Notes under the pieces: generated by a model
Databases searched by the model: none
The model's input: the letters and a program-made list of their open reading frames with translations, nothing else
What the model was told of the DNA's origin: nothing
Translations under genes and position numbers: made by a program
Shown here: in pieces, positions 9,114 through 18,383 of the stretch
Position numbering within the stretch: position 1 is the first letter of the stretch
Layout: every line of letters begins with the position of its first letter
Assembly (NCBI GenBank): GCA_963848635.1
Contig: CAWKEA010000005.1
Coordinates: 257,526 to 321,525 of the forward strand
Length of the DNA: 64,000 bases
Reading direction: 5' to 3'
Origin: an uncultured bacterium
GTDB taxonomy: Bacteria; Patescibacteriota; Minisyncoccia; Phycocordibacterales; PALSA-1337

Positions 9114-10889
9114 TTATATCCCCTGATTCAACAGATTCCTCGTGGCAGGACCACAACGCCGAGCGGGTGAAAGACCGTTCGCTGTTTGATACTCTTCAAC
9201 AGCGGCCTTTGTAGCAGGCCCGAAATAGCCAGTCGCAGAGCTCGTGAGGTATCCGTCCTTTATCAAACGCTGTTGGAGAGCAACTACATCTGGATCAGAC
9301 TGACCAATCTTATTCATGCCTTCATAAAGATAATTATTAAAGGTATATGAAGTAGATGAAGTATTAACTATGCCTTGAGACGGCACAGGCGTCGCTGTGG
9401 GCATGCAGACAAGGCCGGCGGGACAATTGGAGGCGACTGTGGATGAAGAAGCCCCCAACGAGGCCGATGAAAAATTGCCTGTCCAAAAGTACTGCTTTAT
9501 AGAAGAGCCAGCAGAGTTCGAGAACGAGATAATGACAGGCAATGGCATGCTTTCGGAGCCTGTCATCGTGTATACCGCCGTGTAAGGACCACTGCCGGAC
9601 CCATTGACCGATACTGTCGAATTGTTGACCGACACTGAAGGATTGATAATGCTCTGGTTCGCATTGAATCCGATCGTCAGAGAATTACTACCGACAAGGA
9701 AGCTGTTGCTCTGATTTCCCGAAGAAATGGAAAAAGAAGAAAGCGCGAGAGGAATCGAAAGCGTCGAGGAGACGTTTGAAGAAACGCTCACATACAGAAC
9801 ATTGCATTGATTGTTTGTACTGCAGACATTTATGTCCGAGCTACCGACACCGATAGCATTCAACGTCAAGATGTTTCCATTTAGGTTCGGTTTCACGACG
9901 CTCGGATTCGAATTGTTCGAGACATAATATTGCCCTGTATTGCTTCCGGAAAGCGAAACCACCTGATTCTGCCCTGGTGCCAGATTGACGTTGCTCGGAT
10001 TAAACGTAATCAATGAAGAAACAGATGTATTGGATACCGACCCTCCTGCTGGATTCGAATAAGAATTTATCGTGCCGCATTCTCCATCCGACTGGCATAC
10101 TGTTATAGTAGAGCCGCCAGCAGAAAGTCCGGTAACGATCACGTTGTCTCCGCTGACTGTTACCGATACTGAAGATGGATTCGTATTTTGCGAGATAGAA
10201 AATGGGCCAAGGCCAGATATTGTTATGGTTTGACTCTGACCAACCGTCAAGTTTGCGACACTTGAACTTAAAGAAAAAGATGAAACCGGCGACGACAAGA
10301 CACTTATGTTTATGGGCTGACAGTCATTGTTCGCATCACAGACAGTTATTGTGACTGTACCTAAGTTATCATTAGCCGTTATTACAACCGTATTCCCAAA
10401 TATGGTCCCGATAGCTACGGCTGGATTCGTATCGCCTGAAATATGTAATGCTCCAACAGCGTTGTTTGCGGTCACACTTCCGCTCTGCCCCGCACCCATG
10501 TTCAATACAATTTGGCTTAAAGACAGACTGCCTGATGAGCCCGAATTCACTGGCCAATACGAAGAAGAAGATTGCGCCCCGTCAACAACCGCATATACTG
10601 GAGCGCTTCCAGGAATACCGTACGTTCCGGCATTGATCGTACTAGATAGATAGCCGCTTGAATTCGTCAGTCCCAGGCTGACGTACCCTGTCGAAGACGT
10701 AGCAGAAGTATAATAAAGCGTTACTGCGGCTTCTGGGTCAGCGCCATACACAGTGACTTGCACGGAATTGCCAGCAATAGCGGACAAAGTGAGAGAAGGA
10801 GTCGATGCGGCAGATACCTTTAAAAAACCAACAAACAAAAACAATACGATCATCAAAGAAGACAGGATTATATGTTTACTTTTTCTCAT
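9114..10889 (-). CDS. secreted S/T/N-rich surface protein with Ig-like repeats and C-terminal peptidoglycan-binding domain
   Basis: N-terminal signal/TM MRKSKHIILSSLMIVLFLFVGFLKVSAAST, long low-complexity S/T/N/G-rich beta-repeat region, and a C-terminal PG_binding_1-like domain (...SDPDVVALQQRLIKDGYLTSSATGYFGPATKAAVEEYQ...). Confidence 0.75.
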   Translation of the reverse strand: MRKSKHIILSSLMIVLFLFVGFLKVSAASTPSLTLSAIAGNSVQVTVYGADPEAAVTLYYTSATSSTGYVSLGLTNSSGYLSSTINAGTYGIPGSAPVYAVVDGAQSSSSYWPVNSGSSGSLSLSQIVLNMGAGQSGSVTANNAVGALHISGDTNPAVAIGTIFGNTVVITANDNLGTVTITVCDANNDCQPINISVLSSPVSSFSLSSSVANLTVGQSQTITISGLGPFSISQNTNPSSVSVTVSGDNVIVTGLSAGGSTITVCQSDGECGTINSYSNPAGGSVSNTSVSSLITFNPSNVNLAPGQNQVVSLSGSNTGQYYVSNNSNPSVVKPNLNGNILTLNAIGVGSSDINVCSTNNQCNVLYVSVSSNVSSTLSIPLALSSFSISSGNQSNSFLVGSNSLTIGFNANQSIINPSVSVNNSTVSVNGSGSGPYTAVYTMTGSESMPLPVIISFSNSAGSSIKQYFWTGNFSSASLGASSSTVASNCPAGLVCMPTATPVPSQGIVNTSSTSYTFNNYLYEGMNKIGQSDPDVVALQQRLIKDGYLTSSATGYFGPATKAAVEEYQTANGLSPARRCGPATRNLLNQGI

Positions 10890-10903
10890 CTGTGTAGATA
10901 TGT

Positions 10904-11881
10904 TTATTGGCTAGTAATATTGAACGGCAGCTCGTTTGAAGACTGATTCGATGAATTCGATGAGGATACATAGACAGACTGTGAACCCGCGAGGGTGTTT
11001 GCCGGGATAGAGAACACCAATACCCTGCCGTCTGGCGACGCATAGAGTATCTGTCCTTGGCCGTTTGATCCGCTGAAATTGATCCTATCGTACGAATTAA
11101 AATCAGATCCATAGAGAACGACTGCTGTGTTCCCATCAGATGGGGCTGACGTCGGGAATACATATGAAAGATTAAGTGTGGCTGCCGATATAGTAAAAGG
11201 ATCGCTTATTGGGTCAGTCGGTTCAGCGCCCGTAGTGGCGTTTTCCATGCGTATCTGATATGAACCAGCCGGAACGACTATGTTCGACTGCGTCTGGGAC
11301 GAGAAGACGTTGCCGACCGTCCAAAGATACTGGCTCTCATTTGCCAGGGACGAGGCTATGAATCCTGCGCCTGCCCCGCTCGAGGAGATGAGGACGAGAT
11401 TATAACGCGAGTATGGCTGAGAATTCCACGTAATGTTGAAAGCATGACCTGTGATCAAAGTTTGTCCTCCTGACGGACCAGTGATTACGGACGAGGAAAC
11501 CGTTGAGTTCACCGGCACTACTGTTGATGGAGCCTGAGCACCAACAGCGCTAGCATTACCCGAGCAACTCAAACTATTGATAGCTGCACGCGTCGCCGGG
11601 CCGACATAGCCCGTGTTCGAGATGCCTCTCGCGACCTGAAAGCTCTTCACAGCAGAGAGCGTCGCTGCGCCGAAATATCCGGTCGACGTGGCTGACAGAT
11701 AGCCTGCCCCAGAAAGATATCTCTGCAAGAGCATGACCGTTCCGTTCGCGGAGCCGTCCATCATCCCATAGCTCACGTCAGACGGAAGTGACGTGCATTG
11801 GACCTGGGCTGATGCGACCGAAATGCCTGAGACAAACAAGACTGCGAACAATGCCATGAGTGAAAAGATGGTTTTGAGCAT
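10904..11881 (-). CDS. secreted surface protein with N-terminal peptidoglycan-binding domain and C-terminal IPT/TIG-like domain
   Basis: Signal peptide MLKTIFSLMALFAVLFVSGISVASA, then GTVMLLQRYLSGAGYLSATSTGYFGAATLSAVKSFQ (PG-binding), an S-rich linker, and a beta-rich C-terminus. Confidence 0.7.
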   Translation of the reverse strand: MLKTIFSLMALFAVLFVSGISVASAQVQCTSLPSDVSYGMMDGSANGTVMLLQRYLSGAGYLSATSTGYFGAATLSAVKSFQVARGISNTGYVGPATRAAINSLSCSGNASAVGAQAPSTVVPVNSTVSSSVITGPSGGQTLITGHAFNITWNSQPYSRYNLVLISSSGAGAGFIASSLANESQYLWTVGNVFSSQTQSNIVVPAGSYQIRMENATTGAEPTDPISDPFTISAATLNLSYVFPTSAPSDGNTAVVLYGSDFNSYDRINFSGSNGQGQILYASPDGRVLVFSIPANTLAGSQSVYVSSSNSSNQSSNELPFNITSQ

Positions 11882-11934
11882 ACCTCTATAATACTACATA
11901 CGCAGCTGTTTTGGTGCCCTGAATATCCACCAAT

Positions 11935-11965
11935 ACAAAAACCGCCCGAAGGCGGTTTTTGTATG
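11935..11965 (-). terminator. bidirectional rho-independent terminator (ACCGCC-CGAA-GGCGGT with flanking A/T runs)
   Basis: acaaaaaccgcccgaaggcggtttttgtatg lies between two minus-strand surface-protein genes. Confidence 0.7.
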
Positions 11966-12019
11966 TTCGTCAAGTACGAATGTACTCGATTAGAACCCTA
12001 GATCACATCACTTAACCAA

Positions 12020-13957
12020 TTAAAGGCTGGTGAGTGAAACTGATGGGCTCTGAACCTGGCTAGGCAATGTGTACAGAGACTGTGAAGTCGAAGTAGCACC
12101 CGATGCTGTTGCCACTGAGCTGTAATAGATACCTGTGAGAGCAGTGATTGCACCGCTGTCAGGAGCATTACCAGAGTTGTTCTCCAAGACATTGATCGTG
12201 AAGGTTCTGGCCTGATTGGACGGAACGTAGAACGAACCTGTTGCGGCTGTTCCAAGACCATTGTTGGTGTCGCCTGTGACAGTTGTCGCAGATGTGATAC
12301 CTGTTGCCTTTGACGATGAAGCTGCATTGCCTGTCAAATCAAAGATATACGTTGCGGCGAGCTTAGGCGTAGCCGAGATGTAGATCGGCGATGTCCCAGC
12401 TTGCACTGTGAAGGTGAACGGCCATTGAACTGCTACGTTACCATTACCATTCGGTACGGTTGTAGGAGTATAGCTAGGAACAGAAGGAGCGACTCCCGGA
12501 ACAACCGAGAAGGCTGCTGTGGTCGAGAATGTCGTGACTGCGCTGACTATCGTGCCGGCGTTGTTGACGGTCGGCGTGTTGTAGTTAGCGTCGACACCTA
12601 CGAAGTTAGAGGTAGATGCTGTGTTGAGCGAAGTGGTTGCAGTAACTCCTGTAACACCCTGGTTGACGTTAGCAACGATCTTCAAAGGAACAGTGACTCC
12701 GAGCGGAAGCGGTATGCTTACGCTGCTGTTGAATACAACTGTGTTTCCTGAGAGAGTTCCGTAGTAAGTCATACCATTAGCTTGGAGCTGAATGGTATTG
12801 AAGACAGAGGCTGGCGTATAGCTACCACCAGAGACTCCGACGTTCAAAGTCAAACCTTGCAGTGTTGCTGCATTGTTCTGAGCTTGGATGTCATAGATAG
12901 CCAACGGTACATTGTTCGTGACTGAACCTGATTGTGTCTGGATGATTTGCGTCTGAGGCGAAGAACCATCGATAGAAACAATAAGGTTTGCAGTCTGATT
13001 ACCGCTGTAAAGCACACTAGCGTAAGGCGAAGTCGTGTTCGGGTAAGGAAGGTTCAAGAGAGGAAGATTCTCTGTATCGACGACTCCTGTTCCATCTACT
13101 GAACGGACCGAAGCAGCGATGACGTCGAGATAGGCACCAGTGTTCTGGCTTATACCAGAAAGTGCTGTACCGGACAAGACGACATTGACTGTCTGACCCT
13201 TAGGAACGACGAAGTTGAGACCACTGATCGTCAAACGATAATCCTCGCTCGCTGTGAGCTCTGTAAAGCTTGAAGCGTTAAGAGGGATAGAAGGTACGAG
13301 AACCTGTCCTGTTGTCTGGTTGACGAGAGAGAAAGTTCCGAAGTACAACCATGGGCGGACATTGAAGTCGGCTGTTATTGTATTGACCTGCATATCAGAA
13401 GGACCAGCTTGGAGCTTGAAGCCTGCGATGTTCACAGTCTGACCTGTGTTGAATGTAGCACCGTTAGCAACTGATCCGCTGTTTGATATCGTCAATGTAC
13501 CTGATATTCCTGGAGTCGTTATACCTGTTGGAGCTGCGACAGTTCCTGTCGTCGTTACTGTCGTACCGACGATCGGTGTGCATGTGAAGCCTGCTGGGCA
13601 AGCCATCGAGACTGAGCCTGTGCCTGTGCCTGTGCCTGTAACAGCTGTGCCACCCTTATTCAAGGAAGCGACTGTCAAAGGACCGACGAAGCCAGTGTTA
13701 GGAATGCTGTTTGCAGCTTGGTAAGCCTTGACTGCAGATTGTGTCTGCGTGCCAAAGTAACCAGGTTGAGCGGCACCGGAAGAGATTGACGGGATGCTGT
13801 AACCATTAGCGATGAGGAAATTCTGGAGAGCCGTAACATCGGCGCCAGTAGATCCAACGCTCAAATAATTTGAGAACGTGTAGCTCGCAGCTGAAGCGAC
13901 GAGGGCAAAGCCCAAGACGATTGCAGCAGCTGAGGCTACGATTGATTTTGCTTTCAT
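12020..13957 (-). CDS. large secreted T/S/G-rich surface protein with N-terminal peptidoglycan-binding domain
   Basis: Signal peptide MKAKSIVASAAAIVLGFALVASAAS, then GADVTALQNFLIANGYSIPSISSGAAQPGYFGTQTQSAVKAYQ (PG-binding), followed by ~550 aa of T/S/G/N-rich repeats. Confidence 0.75.
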   Translation of the reverse strand: MKAKSIVASAAAIVLGFALVASAASYTFSNYLSVGSTGADVTALQNFLIANGYSIPSISSGAAQPGYFGTQTQSAVKAYQAANSIPNTGFVGPLTVASLNKGGTAVTGTGTGTGSVSMACPAGFTCTPIVGTTVTTTGTVAAPTGITTPGISGTLTISNSGSVANGATFNTGQTVNIAGFKLQAGPSDMQVNTITADFNVRPWLYFGTFSLVNQTTGQVLVPSIPLNASSFTELTASEDYRLTISGLNFVVPKGQTVNVVLSGTALSGISQNTGAYLDVIAASVRSVDGTGVVDTENLPLLNLPYPNTTSPYASVLYSGNQTANLIVSIDGSSPQTQIIQTQSGSVTNNVPLAIYDIQAQNNAATLQGLTLNVGVSGGSYTPASVFNTIQLQANGMTYYGTLSGNTVVFNSSVSIPLPLGVTVPLKIVANVNQGVTGVTATTSLNTASTSNFVGVDANYNTPTVNNAGTIVSAVTTFSTTAAFSVVPGVAPSVPSYTPTTVPNGNGNVAVQWPFTFTVQAGTSPIYISATPKLAATYIFDLTGNAASSSKATGITSATTVTGDTNNGLGTAATGSFYVPSNQARTFTINVLENNSGNAPDSGAITALTGIYYSSVATASGATSTSQSLYTLPSQVQSPSVSLTSL

Positions 13958-14049
13958 TTTTGTAATGTTGAGACAGCGTCGATCCGATTATTTATAAAGC
14001 TGATAAGGTTCGGATGAACACTGCCGCTTAGACTAATAAAGAATACCTG

Positions 14050-14400
14050 AACAATTTTCAGCGCGCGAAACTGATGTTCGACATCGCGCGCTATCGTCCG
14101 CCATAGCTCCGTGAGGAGCGACGGCGGACTATCACTATACCCTCCCCGATATCGACTGCGCCGGAGGGATAGTTGGCAAGAAGGGATGAGTCGTTTCGAT
14201 CGTACAGCGGTGATGACGGGACAAACGGGATTATCTTTCGTTTTTGTTGTTGACTATTGTCTATTGTATTGTCAACGAACTGACCCAAGATTCATAGGCA
14301 TAAAAACGGATAGTATCCTGGGACGCAGGCACATAAGGACTACGGAGCCTCATACACCTGCGTTGCAAGACATTATACTGGAAATAGCTTAACGTTAAAA
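14050..14400. ncRNA. candidate structured RNA / long structured leader (identity unknown)
   Basis: Dense nested GC-rich hairpins in non-coding DNA: AGCGCGCGA-N15-TCGCGCGCT (14059-14091), GTCCGCC-ATA-GCTCC-GTGAG-GAGC-GAC-GGCGGAC (14097-14130), CTAT(A)CCCTCC...GGAGGGATAG (14131-14173), and GTTGAC-(TATTGT)3-GTCAAC (14255-14277). The overlapping ORFs translate to non-protein-like sequence. Confidence 0.35.
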
Positions 14401-14434
14401 TGGCTCAATGTGGATAACTCACCTAAAAATACCG

Positions 14435-14458
14435 AAAATCCCCTTTTGGGGCTGTTTT
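14435..14458 (-). terminator. rho-independent terminator (CCCC-TTTT-GGGG with flanking A/T runs) downstream of the 255-aa gene
   Basis: aaaatccccttttggggctgtttt. Confidence 0.55.
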
Positions 14459-14589
14459 AAGGCTATTTTGGGTAGCAGATATTCACAGGGCTATATTACA
14501 CCTATATACAAGTAGAGTCAAGCATAGTCTAAAAGTCGAAGTCCCGAGTGGAACGTCTGAAAAACAACTGTCTACGCATCCACTTTTGA

Positions 14590-15357
14590 CTACTTTAGCG
14601 AATATCTGCTCCAACGCCTATCCCCTTCTTTTTTGACTATACCAGTATGGACAAGATCCGATAGTTCCCGCTGGACTGTCTTTGCGCTGAAACCCGGCAT
14701 GACTTTGAGTATGTCCTTTATCGTCAGATTTGATCGTACTTTCAAGAGCTCGATAATCGAGTTCTTTCGACTGTCCTTTGGAATAGGCATATTTTGCGGC
14801 TGTTTTTTAAAGGACACACCTGATTTTTGTTTTTCGGAAGAAGCAGTATCCGATGTTCGCGCATTTGATGTATCATGTCCTTGATCATCTGTCTTTGATG
14901 GCGGTTCAGCGGCAAAAAAAGATTTCGACAAAACATAGCCCGCACGGACGGCATCATCGATCGCATGATCCTTTATATGGATAACAAGCGCGTCTATCTC
15001 GTCGATTATCATTTCAGCGTTCATTTTCGAGATGATATGAGAGCCGAAAGAGATAGTCACGAAAGCCCTCGTCTCATAGATAGACGCAAGAAAAAAGCGC
15101 ATATAGGAATTTTTCTCCTGAGAATCGATGCCAGCCAAAGCTATGGTCGACGATATCAAAGACATGCAACGCTCACGGATTTCCCATTTGAGAGGGTCAT
15201 TGTCCTTTATCAAGTTCGTAACTAAATACAGAGCAGTGACTATTTTTTCAGTTTTCTTAAAAACATAAAAAAGGCTATCGTCGCCTGATATAAGGCCGAT
15301 AGTTCTCCAAAAACTTTGGTCTGTAGGTATGCTTTTTTGTCCTTTATTATCTTGCAT
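14590..15357 (-). CDS. hypothetical protein with C-terminal winged-helix DNA-binding domain
   Basis: 255-aa ORF. C-terminal NSIIELLKVRSNLTIKDILKVMPGFSAKTVQRELSDLVHTGIVKKEGDRRWSRYSLK has an HTH-wing-like pattern. The central region is acidic and S/T-rich. Confidence 0.55.
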   Translation of the reverse strand: MQDNKGQKSIPTDQSFWRTIGLISGDDSLFYVFKKTEKIVTALYLVTNLIKDNDPLKWEIRERCMSLISSTIALAGIDSQEKNSYMRFFLASIYETRAFVTISFGSHIISKMNAEMIIDEIDALVIHIKDHAIDDAVRAGYVLSKSFFAAEPPSKTDDQGHDTSNARTSDTASSEKQKSGVSFKKQPQNMPIPKDSRKNSIIELLKVRSNLTIKDILKVMPGFSAKTVQRELSDLVHTGIVKKEGDRRWSRYSLK

Positions 15358-15425
15358 GTCCTTTATATTTGTCCTTTATAACTCAATCTATGTCCTTTAG
15401 ATTTTTCGACAAATTATTAAGGACA
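15338..15425. promoter_or_regulatory. array of 4 direct + 1 inverted copies of TGTCCTTTAKA in the divergent 255-aa-gene/ftsK promoter region
   Basis: tgtcctttatt (15338-15348), tgtcctttata (15357-15367), tgtcctttata (15370-15380), tgtcctttag (15391-15400), and inverted taaggaca (15418-15425). The first copies overlap the start codon of the winged-helix protein gene. Confidence 0.45.
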
Positions 15426-15518
15426 TTATATAAGACATCAGGCACAAAAAGCAAGGGCAAAAATAGCAAATCCGAAATGACAAGCATAGGTTCATGTGTG
15501 TGATATAATCCTCTTATC

Positions 15519-17798
15519 ATGGCAAAAAAGAAAAACGGCAAGGACAAAAAAGAGAACGGATCATCGTTCGTCAACGAGCTCAAGACAGAAACACTGCAGG
15601 CAGTACTATCGATCATATTTCTAGTGGCAGGCATACTGACTGCTCTGGCCAAATTCGACAAAGCAGGCTGGGTCGGAAACGTCTTTTACCACTATGCTCA
15701 TACCTTGTTCGGTGTGGGCTATTTTCTCCTTCCGCTCATATGCATCATCCTCGCTACAGCGTTCTTGCGGGGCATACGGCAAAGATTCACCTTCTGGAAA
15801 CTGATCGGCGGATTGCTATTCTTGCTCTCCGGCCTCGGCCTGGTTGACCTTGTCTTCAAGGACGAGGGCGGCATCATCGGCCACTATGTGTCGAGCCCTC
15901 TCATATCGCTCGTCGACGTATACGCCTCCGCGGCGATCCTCATCGCGTTAGTCGCCATCTCTCTTCTCATCACATTCGAGACAGGCGTCACATTTGGAAC
16001 CTTAGCATTTTGGAAGCAAAAGGACGGCGATGAAAAGAAGAAGATGAAAAAAGAGCCAGCCTCGGATGACTCGGACGTAGACGAGATGGTGGAGGAAGCC
16101 GAAAAAAAGCTCGATGGCGACAAGCAAAAAGACGACGACAAAGAGGAAAGAGCAACGCCGATTCCGCCACAGCCAAAAAAAGCGGAAAAAAAGAAGGCGG
16201 ACGATGAAGAGGATTTTGCCATGGCCGCAAACACGAGGAGCATGAAGCCGTTCACTCCCCCGCCGCTCTCGCTCCTTGAAAAAGACAGCGGCCGGCCGGA
16301 GACCGGCGACATCAAGGCGAATGCGAATATCATAAAGAGGACGTTGCAGAATTTCGGCATAAGCGTGGAGATGGACGAGATATCGATCGGACCTTCGGTG
16401 ACGCGATATGCTTTGAAACCTGCTGAAGGCGTCAAGCTGTCGCGCATAACCGCGCTCAGCAACGACTTGTCTCTGTCCTTGGCGGCACATCCGATACGCA
16501 TCGAGGCGCCTATACCAGGAAAGAGCCTCGTCGGCATAGAGATACCGAATACTTCAAAGACGACTGTCGGCCTTGCCACGATTCTCGGTTCCGAAGAATT
16601 CCAGCGGTCTGAAAAGCCCCTGCTCATCTCTCTCGGAAAATCGATCACGGGAGCTTCTCATTTCACCAACCTGGCCAAAGCGCCGCATATGCTCGTAGCC
16701 GGCACCACCGGCTCGGGCAAATCAGTCATGATACACGCTGTCATCACTTCCCTGCTCTACCGCAATTCGCCCGAGGATCTGAAGTTCATCATGATAGACC
16801 CAAAACGCGTCGAATTGACGCTCTATAACAAAATTCCCCATCTTTTGACGCCGGTCATAACAGATGCGAAAAAAGCTATTTTGGCCTTGAAATGGGCTGG
16901 CAAAGAGATGAGCCGAAGATACGATATACTCGAAAAATCCTCGGCCCGAGACATCGAGTCATATCATAAAAACGTCCTCGACCCGGCGATCGAAAAAGCC
17001 ATAGCCAAAGTCAAAAGCCAAAAGGCAAAAGGCACAAGCGAAGATGGGAACGGGGATGAAGGGAAATTCCCCGAAACGATGCCGTATATCGTCATCGTGA
17101 TCGATGAATTGGCTGATATCATGCAGGCGTATCCGAGAGAGCTGGAAAGCGCCATAGTCCGTCTGGCCCAGATGAGCCGCGCCGTGGGCATCCATCTGGT
17201 CCTATCGACCCAAAGGCCCTCGGTCAACGTCATAACAGGCCTCATAAAAGCGAATATCCCGACGCGTGTGGCGTTACAGGTCGCTTCGCAGATAGATTCG
17301 CGCACTATCCTCGACCAGCCTGGAGCGGAAAAACTGCTCGGTGCCGGCGATATGCTCTATCTCGGCGCGGATATGTCAAAACCAGTGCGCCTACAATCGG
17401 CGTATATATCAGAAAGCGAAGTGAAGAAAGTGACCAAGTATCTCGCTGATACATACAAAGACGAGATCATGGGCGAAATAAACCTCTCAGGGCCGCAGAG
17501 CGAGCCGGGTCAGGACGCCGTTTTCTCGGCCAATCTCGATGATGAGACGCTCGAAGACGACGATATGTATGAGGACGCACGCCTCGCCGTAGTTTCCGCC
17601 GGCAAAGCTTCGACATCGTACCTCCAGCGCAAGCTCGGCGTCGGCTATTCGCGCGCGGCAAAATTGATGGACATGCTCGAGGAACGCGGCGTCATCGGAG
17701 CGGCGAACGGATCAAAACCGAGAGAGGTGATGGGTGCGGCTGTGGCGAGCGAAGATTCCTTGATCGACACAACAGAACCGAACGATGAGGCAATTTAA
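15519..17798 (+). CDS. ftsK: DNA translocase FtsK/SpoIIIE
   Basis: N-terminal TM helices, Walker A GTTGSGKSVMIHAVITSL, the characteristic IVIDELADIM and LVLSTQRPSVNVITGLIKANIPTRVALQVAS segments, and a C-terminal gamma domain (YLQRKLGVGYSRAAKLMDMLEERGVIG). Confidence 0.92.
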   Translation: MAKKKNGKDKKENGSSFVNELKTETLQAVLSIIFLVAGILTALAKFDKAGWVGNVFYHYAHTLFGVGYFLLPLICIILATAFLRGIRQRFTFWKLIGGLLFLLSGLGLVDLVFKDEGGIIGHYVSSPLISLVDVYASAAILIALVAISLLITFETGVTFGTLAFWKQKDGDEKKKMKKEPASDDSDVDEMVEEAEKKLDGDKQKDDDKEERATPIPPQPKKAEKKKADDEEDFAMAANTRSMKPFTPPPLSLLEKDSGRPETGDIKANANIIKRTLQNFGISVEMDEISIGPSVTRYALKPAEGVKLSRITALSNDLSLSLAAHPIRIEAPIPGKSLVGIEIPNTSKTTVGLATILGSEEFQRSEKPLLISLGKSITGASHFTNLAKAPHMLVAGTTGSGKSVMIHAVITSLLYRNSPEDLKFIMIDPKRVELTLYNKIPHLLTPVITDAKKAILALKWAGKEMSRRYDILEKSSARDIESYHKNVLDPAIEKAIAKVKSQKAKGTSEDGNGDEGKFPETMPYIVIVIDELADIMQAYPRELESAIVRLAQMSRAVGIHLVLSTQRPSVNVITGLIKANIPTRVALQVASQIDSRTILDQPGAEKLLGAGDMLYLGADMSKPVRLQSAYISESEVKKVTKYLADTYKDEIMGEINLSGPQSEPGQDAVFSANLDDETLEDDDMYEDARLAVVSAGKASTSYLQRKLGVGYSRAAKLMDMLEERGVIGAANGSKPREVMGAAVASEDSLIDTTEPNDEAI

Positions 17799-17869
17799 AA
17801 ATTAATGACGCTATACTATTCCCTTATTTAATTTAAATTAATGCCTTTCATCTCCATCTTTAACCTATT

Positions 17870-18271
17870 ATGAACCGGGGCACCAATCAGAAATTATTCA
17901 CAGCGATCATCGTTGCAGTCATCGCCGGTGGTCTGCTTTATTTTATCTATAAGACTTTCCAGGCTTATTTTTCAGGGCCAAACATAACTGTCACTGAACC
18001 TGCCGATTACAGCGCATTTTCGACTTCGACTGCTACCATCGTCGGTACAGCACAGAGGGTCCAAGACATCACACTCGATGGACGCTCTATCATCATCGAC
18101 AATAAGGGAAATTTTTCGGAAATTATCCTGCTTGTACCCGGTTACAATATAGAAACGCTCGCCGCGCACGATCAGTTCGGTCATATGACGCAAAAGCGCC
18201 TCGAATTGGTCTATACAGCGCCTAAACCAGGGCTCAATACCGCTTCAACGAGCGTTGCGACTTCGACATAA
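17870..18271 (+). CDS. hypothetical membrane-anchored protein
   Basis: 133-aa ORF with a single N-terminal TM (LFTAIIVAVIAGGLLYFIY) followed by a beta-rich ectodomain. Confidence 0.45.
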   Translation: MNRGTNQKLFTAIIVAVIAGGLLYFIYKTFQAYFSGPNITVTEPADYSAFSTSTATIVGTAQRVQDITLDGRSIIIDNKGNFSEIILLVPGYNIETLAAHDQFGHMTQKRLELVYTAPKPGLNTASTSVATST

Positions 18272-18383
18272 ATCAAAAGTTATTTTCTAATAGTCTTCTT
18301 AAGATTCCTTTATAAAAAATTTAACTTTTCTTAATGAGAGTTGTGTATAATATGTGCTATTATACGCTAAATAGAGCACAACT

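Noticed and set aside
14091-14392. ORFs 14091..14288(-) and 14111..14392(+)
   Set aside because: Their translations are Arg/Gly-rich nonsense. The DNA is dominated by perfect stems, so I treated it as an RNA candidate instead.
15884-16648. 254-aa and 162-aa minus-strand ORFs
   Set aside because: They are antisense to ftsK, which has unambiguous motifs. Their products are Ser/Phe/Arg-rich and non-protein-like.
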